NCBI GenBank assembly: GCA_964658305.1
Contig: OZ210885.1
Coordinates: forward strand, 10,974,001-11,038,000
Reading direction: 5' to 3'
DNA length: 64,000 nt
DNA from: Leptogorgia sarmentosa
Taxonomy: Eukaryota
Notes under the pieces: model-generated
Database searches by the model: none
Told to the model about the DNA's origin: nothing
Seen by the model: only the letters and a program-made list of their open reading frames with translations
Made by a program: the position numbers and the translations under genes
In this document: positions 57,825-64,000 of the stretch, piece after piece
Numbering within the stretch: position 1 is the stretch's first letter
Layout: every line of letters begins with the position of its first letter

Positions 57825-58114
57825 GTACTAAAAATGGGTACCAATTGAATATATATTGCTAATTGATGTGAATTTAGCATTCTAACTGTTCAGTTATGTG
57901 TATGGCAAACTTACCTATAATCTAAATACCTTTCACTAATCAAATCTCGTACAACTTAATTGCATTGCGAAATTTTGTCGGAAATCGTCCAGTGTAACAC
58001 CAGCTTTAGCTCGATATCTTCGTAGAAACTTTGCACTATCCTTGGACCCCTTACTTACTGTTTTTAATGCTTCTTTTCCCATGGAAAATTCCATATTTAG
58101 CGTTGATCTCAAAG

Positions 58115-59439
58115 ATGAATCCAGTAAAAGCAGAAGCTAATGTTATAAGGATTTCTCGTCTGTTGGTAGACAAAGGAGGCGAAGCATTAAGAGCTGCTCT
58201 TCATGTTAAACATCCACCTGCAACTTTATCCACCGTATTGAATACAAATAAACCAGCCTTGAAGAAGATAAGATACAGTGTAATTAAAGCCTCGCAGTGG
58301 AACTTACTCTTTCCTGCTTCGGGGACACCAGATTCAAAACATTTTGATGTAACATTATTGACAATTCTTCTACGAAATATTTGTGTAACAATTTATATAA
58401 ACAAATTCTTTGGTGAAGCTAGGAATTCCTCAACAAGACATTGATGAACTGAAAGAAGCTCCTCTCAGTCCTGAAGAAGAAAGTTATGTTGAAAAATTGA
58501 AGGAATGGAAAGAACTGGAGAATGAAATCTTGTCAGAACTAGATGATATTGAAAGTGGTGAGAAAAAGCATCGAAGTGAAATTCCTGCGTTACGAAAAGC
58601 CAATCAAATGACGAATTTCTCGCAAATCAACCGACTATCCAAGTTTAACTTTACTGGAAAGATCAAAGATCTAAGTGGAATGTTTCACGAAGGTACAAGA
58701 GTATGGCTCCTTGATGAGATCTCAAGATGGATGGATAAAGAATATCCAAAGGTTATGATTGTGACTGCAGGCCCTGGCATTGGGAAAAGTGTTTTGTCAG
58801 CAAGGATTTGTGAGCTGTACAAAGAACGTGGTCAACTCGCCGCATGCCATTTCTGCGATTTTAGAAAGTCAGATTTTAGAAATCCTCACATAATTCTACA
58901 GTCTCTTGCGAGTCAAATGTGCGAGAATGTTGAAGGATTTCGTGATAAACTGTCAGAAGTTCTTTGCTTTGACCATTCTCGGGACTTGCAATCAAACGCT
59001 TTCCGTGTCCTTTTGAACGAACCACTTTTTAAACTGGACAGACACGATAAACCAATGTTGATCGTTGTTGATGCTTTGGACGAGAGCAAGACTGATGACA
59101 AAAGTGAGTTTTTAGAGTTGATATCGGAACAGTTTTCGCAATTACCAGCATGGATTAAGATATTTATAACCAGTAGACCAGGGTTCAAAGTACGGAAGAA
59201 ACTTTCACACATGAATCCTTTTGAAATCCTCCCTGATGACAAATGGCACAATTTCAAAGTCGTCTTTCCACAAAATATTGATGAATTGGAGAAACATCCT
59301 CTCAGCCCAAAAGAAGAAACATTTATTAGAAAGTTAAAAGAATGCAAACAAATTGAAGATCTTACCGCAAACGTTGAAGAAACTGACAAATTATTAAGCG
59401 ACATTGAGCAGTCAAAACTGTCTACAATTGGAGACAAAG
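58115..59439 (+). CDS. Gene 2 exon: partial HEPN (DZIP3-like) domain, frameshift, then truncated NACHT NTPase
   Basis: NVIRISRLLVDKG..QWNLLFP..FDVTLLTILLRNIC; frame change near 58385-58410; Walker A AGPGIGKS, Walker B LIVVDALDE, IFITSRP; donor AAG|GTATTT. Confidence 0.7.
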
Positions 59440-59652
59440 GTATTTTTTTTTCACGTGTTCGAACTCATTATTTACTGTATCTTTAAATAAATTTAAGGCC
59501 AATGTTGGTTGCGCATAATTACATCAAAATGCAGTAAAAGTTCCGCTCATCACCTAAATGATGTGACGATGAAAAGATTCTTCGCAAGGGATCGGTCTAA
59601 GAATCCAAACAAATATGATTATTTTGCAAATAACTGCCTTTTTTATTAGTAT

Positions 59653-60170
59653 AGGTAATAGTATGGTTTCGAGTGCAATTTGGAATTAACATGCACGAGT
59701 GAGTTTTCCAAAGACCTCAAAGTAGCACGAGTCCAAAGGACGAGTGTTATTTGAGGTCTTTGGAAAACTCACGAGTGTATGTTATCCAAATTGCACGAGA
59801 AACCATACTTATTACCTGGTAATATTACCTATTAGCGAAATTTCAAAGCGAAATTTCACCGCCAGAGTTTTCTTGCTTAGTTTATTTCACATTTTACAGC
59901 GTTTACGGTTTTAAAATTCACCCAAACACGTAACTTTTGTTAGTCTTGTTTGAGATAAAGTTTTTTCCGTCATAAGAAAAAGATAAAAGCTATATTTTCG
60001 ACCCGCAGACAATTTTTACTTTGTTTAGCGCGGCCGCCATGTTTGTTTTGTTTTGAAGAAATCTGTAGGTTGAGCTCTAATTTGATAGGTTCAAAGTGGT
60101 AACAGAAAGTTGCACTGTGATTTGGGATTAACTGCACTGAATCGACCAATCACAGTCGAGTAATACTTTA
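59653..60170 (-). mobile_element. Non-autonomous Crypton-type hairpin element N6
   Basis: 165-bp hairpin 59653-59817 with three tandem GA/GA mismatches; gccgccatgtttg (reverse ATG context) and accaatca; right end approximate. Confidence 0.6.
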
Positions 60171-60605
60171 TATGCAAAATATAAAAACGTTCGATACAAA
60201 ATAAATATAAAACTATGCTATCCAAAATCTCAAAATTATTGTAATAGACAATAAGCCACAATTAGGCCAAGCGCAGATGGAAAACTTGGAGTAAAAATTG
60301 ACCAGCATCCTTCTCGGAAGGCTGATACTGAGCAAAATTAATTTTGGAGTATCAGGACTGCGTCGTCATAAAACGTTGCTAAAAAAAATACTCTCGATTC
60401 TTCATATAATTCAATTGCTCGACCATACTTGATTTATTGCTCTGACAACCCAGCGGATTTAGGCACAAAAAATTGGCGACATTGATGCGTAATCGAATAC
60501 GCAACTGGATCTATTTTTTCTACATAATCGATTTTTAGAAAAACCTCTTCGCACGAATTTGAGCTAATTATTCAAGATTAACTATTCTATATTTATATTT
60601 TCTAG

Positions 60606-62873
60606 ATTTCCATAATTTAACTTCAGAATTCTCTCTCGTACATCCACACAAGAAAATTTGCCTTACAAATGAACCGACAAACCTTGTGCAAATGTTTAAA
60701 TTCCTTGGCGGTCTTACAAATAAAGTGGTTGAGCATTATTATACAAACCACTTAATTTCTTTCAATATCGAATCTCCAAACGTAGCCGAGGAAAAATTCA
60801 CTAAAGAATTACTAAATTCTATTTTTGACATCAAAGCTGTGTTCGCACAAACATTACATTCGCTAGATTTATTTCAGAGCTATCTTGAACGTCCAAGCGA
60901 GGAAACTGCTGGACCGTTGAAACTGTTACTTGATCGCAGAAAATATTCATGTACAAAACTTCTCACACCAGGCGAAATTGACAGTTTCTTAGAGGCTTCG
61001 CGTTCACTTCTAATGACACATTCGCTCAACGGTAAAGAAAATGAAGAATCTCAGGATTTTGAAAATCAAAACTTGGATCTTGATTTGAATGCGCAACCAA
61101 ACCGTAATTCTCCTCCTCTATCACCAAATTACAAGAGCAAGAAGAAAAAGGAAAACAAGAATTGGCGTGGAAACATTGACCACGACGACGTTGCTCAAAC
61201 TTATGATCACAATCCTGGAAGTACTTTACAGAAACCTGAAGATGATTTGGTACAAGGCTCCTTAAAAACAAAGACGAAAACCAAAGTGCAAGATTTTGCA
61301 TGTTTAGAAGAAGATTCTAATCGTCAACAATGTAAAAAAGGAAAGAAGCCCGAAAGAAAGATATTCAACGATATCAATGTTCCGCAGATTGGAAAAGAAA
61401 GTCAGGGAAAATGGATTCCTGGGCATATTGGAGATTCTCGTCCCGACAAAAAGATGAAGTATGAAAAGATGTCGCAAGAAAACGCGTTGAAAGGAAGGAA
61501 TTCGCTCTATTTCTCGCAGCCATCAACTCGGATGATTTCCGCGAGAGTAACAGAACTGGAGGATGAAAACCTGTCTCTTAGAAAGCAACTGGCAGCATTG
61601 CAGTCCATAAACAAAGAGATCTTGTCAGAGCTTGGCGAAGTAACAGTTGAGAAGACGGCTAAAGAAAACGAAGAAAGAAAATCGGAGCACTTCCGTCACA
61701 TATTTCAATCTCCCTCACAGGAAGATAAAAGATCTGCCATGTCCAACTCTCGAAAGCCCAGATCGAATGAGTTGGGCAACAGCGGCGATCAAGGATACCT
61801 TGTTGCAAATGGTTCGTCAAGACCTCCGATCAGTAGTAATAAAAGTCGAAATCCTGCAGTACTAAATTCATCATCTGTCGATGAAGCAGCTTCCTCTCGT
61901 GGTCACCTCGTCAATGGAGCCGAGGCCTTGGTGCCAGATAACAACCATGAACCAGGCGGGGTAGCGAATGTCCGAAATGACGAAAATGAAAGGACGTTCC
62001 AAGCAAGAAATCAGGAAAGCAATACTGTTAACGGCTTCGAGCAAACCGCAACGGTCCAAAATACAGCAAGTATCCAATCTACAGAGAACTCCAGTGGCGG
62101 AGAGGGAAGTAGTCCATCAGGAAATGTCGAGGGAACCCGCGATCAGGCGTCCGCATCCCAGCGTGGTTTGTCATTTTCGGTCCAGCAAGATGATTCTGGA
62201 AGAGAGTCCATATCATTGAGGAACATTCCACCCACATCAGTTGCAACAACCTTGTATAACAATTACAAGCTCCTTTTGCTATCCCTTGCACAAAACCTTC
62301 TCTCCTCGGACGTCATGCTATTACAAGACTGGACGGCTCAGAATTTCTCAATCAATAACCCACGGAATGCCACTGATATTCTCTTTCAACTTGATGAAAA
62401 AGGAGTCATCAACGCTTCAGATTTACATCAACTCTCTGATTTCTTTGAATCCATTGTCAGATTTGATCTTGTGCATATTATAGACGCATTTCTCCTTGGT
62501 GACTATGATCTACTTCGTCAAAGTCAAGCATCTAAAAAGCACGCTGCAAATCTGGTACAAAACCATGGACGTAGAGCCATTACGAGGAATCCAGGTTTTC
62601 TAAATGCCATGAACAGCGGTCAATTTTCGATGAACACGAGCAGAAATCTGTCCAGAGCACCTGTAAACAGTGGAGTACATAATTCCCTGCCTTCGACTCA
62701 ACCGCAATCTTCGAGAAGCTTCTCAGATACATCCAATTCAACACGCAGTTCTGTTAGGTCTCTGAGAAACCAATCCTCGGCATCTGAGCAGCAAAACCCC
62801 GGTAAACCAGCTGGTGGATTTAATTCAGTTAGAATGGCCGAGGTAACAGTTAATGCGGATGGTCCAGTTACAA
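60606..62873 (+). CDS. Gene 2 exon: low-complexity/coiled-coil region plus death-effector domain (DED)
   Basis: ttctag|AT phase 1, in frame with ORF 60686..62914; YKLLLLSLAQNL..DILFQLDEKGVI..LSDFFESIVRFDL (RxDL); donor gtaagt. Confidence 0.8.
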
Positions 62874-63546
62874 GTAAGTGTACCTGTAGTTTCTCATATT
62901 TTGATAGATTTTAAAACTTAGTTTCTCTAAAAACAATTTGATGAGTCTTGGCGACTTCGAGTTGTAACCAAAATTAACCATATATGCATTATTTTTATTA
63001 ACCATATATGCATATATGTACTGTTGTTTGTCTTATTAAGTTTTACCCCGCCTATCGAATCGCGTTGTTCTTTAACTGATAGGTAATCCCTTCCAAAATC
63101 GTAACACTTATATACTTGAATTTACCAAACAAATACCTGTCACATTCTTGTGTTAAAATCCCAACCAAAATCCTCAACCTGATCCCAATCCTGATCCTAA
63201 TCTCATTCTAAAAATCTAAAAATAATATCAGCCCCTAGGCCCCCTATAAATCGTGATTCATGTGTACCAAACACTTTGTAAGGTCCACAAGCGTTATTTG
63301 ATTTCTTTATCTGAATTGCCTTGATTAAACAAAGATATTGCGTGAAACAAAAATATTAAATACTATCAAGTTGCTATATTGAAAGGGTATTACTTTCATT
63401 TTCACATGATTAATGACTCGAACTGTGTCGAAAGAAAGTCCACAATACTGGAATCTAGCTCTGTCCATTTTGCGTTGTTTTTTAATATTTCCATGAACTG
63501 CTACGTTCTGTTTATTGCTTCTCTAACTCCTTCTTTAAAAATATAG

Positions 63547-63887
63547 ACGAGAGAAGAACAACGTCTGGAAATGATGGAACAAGGACAACTTTATCATCAG
63601 CAAATGGCGTACGTAATACTCGGGCAGTCGGTAACGGTGGTTCAAAACTTTCCAAGTTCCAACGTCCAGACAATGAACGAAGCAACAGTCTCAACCGGGA
63701 CCCAGACCGAGACGACAACTGGTTATGCAGTCATTACAAACGACATTGTTATGTCAAATTTGATTGTTGTGACAAGTTTTGGCCTTGTCATCGTTGTCAT
63801 AACAACCAAAGCACGTGCGGTCGAAAGAAGCTGAAATCACGTGACACGAAGATGCTGAAGTGTGTATATTGTAACAAAGTACAACAG
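63547..63887 (+). CDS. Gene 2 exon: CHY zinc finger (Pirh2/RCHY1-like), not in ORF track
   Basis: atatag|AC phase 1; translates WLCSHYKRHCYVKFDCCDKFWPCHRCHNNQ..LKCVYCNKVQQ; donor CAG|GTAACC. Confidence 0.85.
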
Positions 63888-64000
63888 GTAACCCACATTT
63901 TATGTCGTAGATAAAATTTGTAGGCGACGCCGAACTTGTTCCCAAAAATGATGATTATTTGTGCTAACTGACAAGGAGTATGAGATTAACAATCGTTTGC

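Noticed and set aside
63571..63834. 87-aa ORF with a hydrophobic tail
   Set aside because: Wrong frame; the splice-compatible frame encodes the CHY zinc finger

Overview
AT-rich eukaryotic genomic DNA with GT-AG introns. The repeat families and NLR-type domains suggest a cnidarian/anthozoan (inference only). Two host genes lie on the + strand. (1) The last 11 coding exons (428..51659, about 1092 codons, all splice phases compatible) of an APAF-1-like STAND NTPase/WD40 gene. (2) From 58115, a multi-exon gene that appears to join a deleted HEPN(DZIP3-like) domain, a truncated NACHT, a death-effector domain and a CHY (Pirh2/RCHY1-type) zinc finger, and runs off the window. Introns are packed with often nested TEs: a decayed OTU-bearing Helitron/Helentron, a DIRS-like remnant with a 91-bp tandem array, many fold-back MITEs, and a BEL/Pao LTR element containing both an intact LINE and an intron-containing Crypton-type tyrosine-recombinase element. 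A Penelope-like element with a hammerhead ribozyme follows the first gene's stop codon. The most striking signal is a Crypton-associated family: one recombinase-coding copy plus at least six sequence-divergent non-coding derivatives. They share an inverted repeat / CCAAT / inverted repeat / terminal hairpin layout, and their hairpins carry tandem G-A mismatches and GNA mini-loops always on the same element strand, suggesting a folded single-stranded DNA substrate. All calls are by eye, without database searches.
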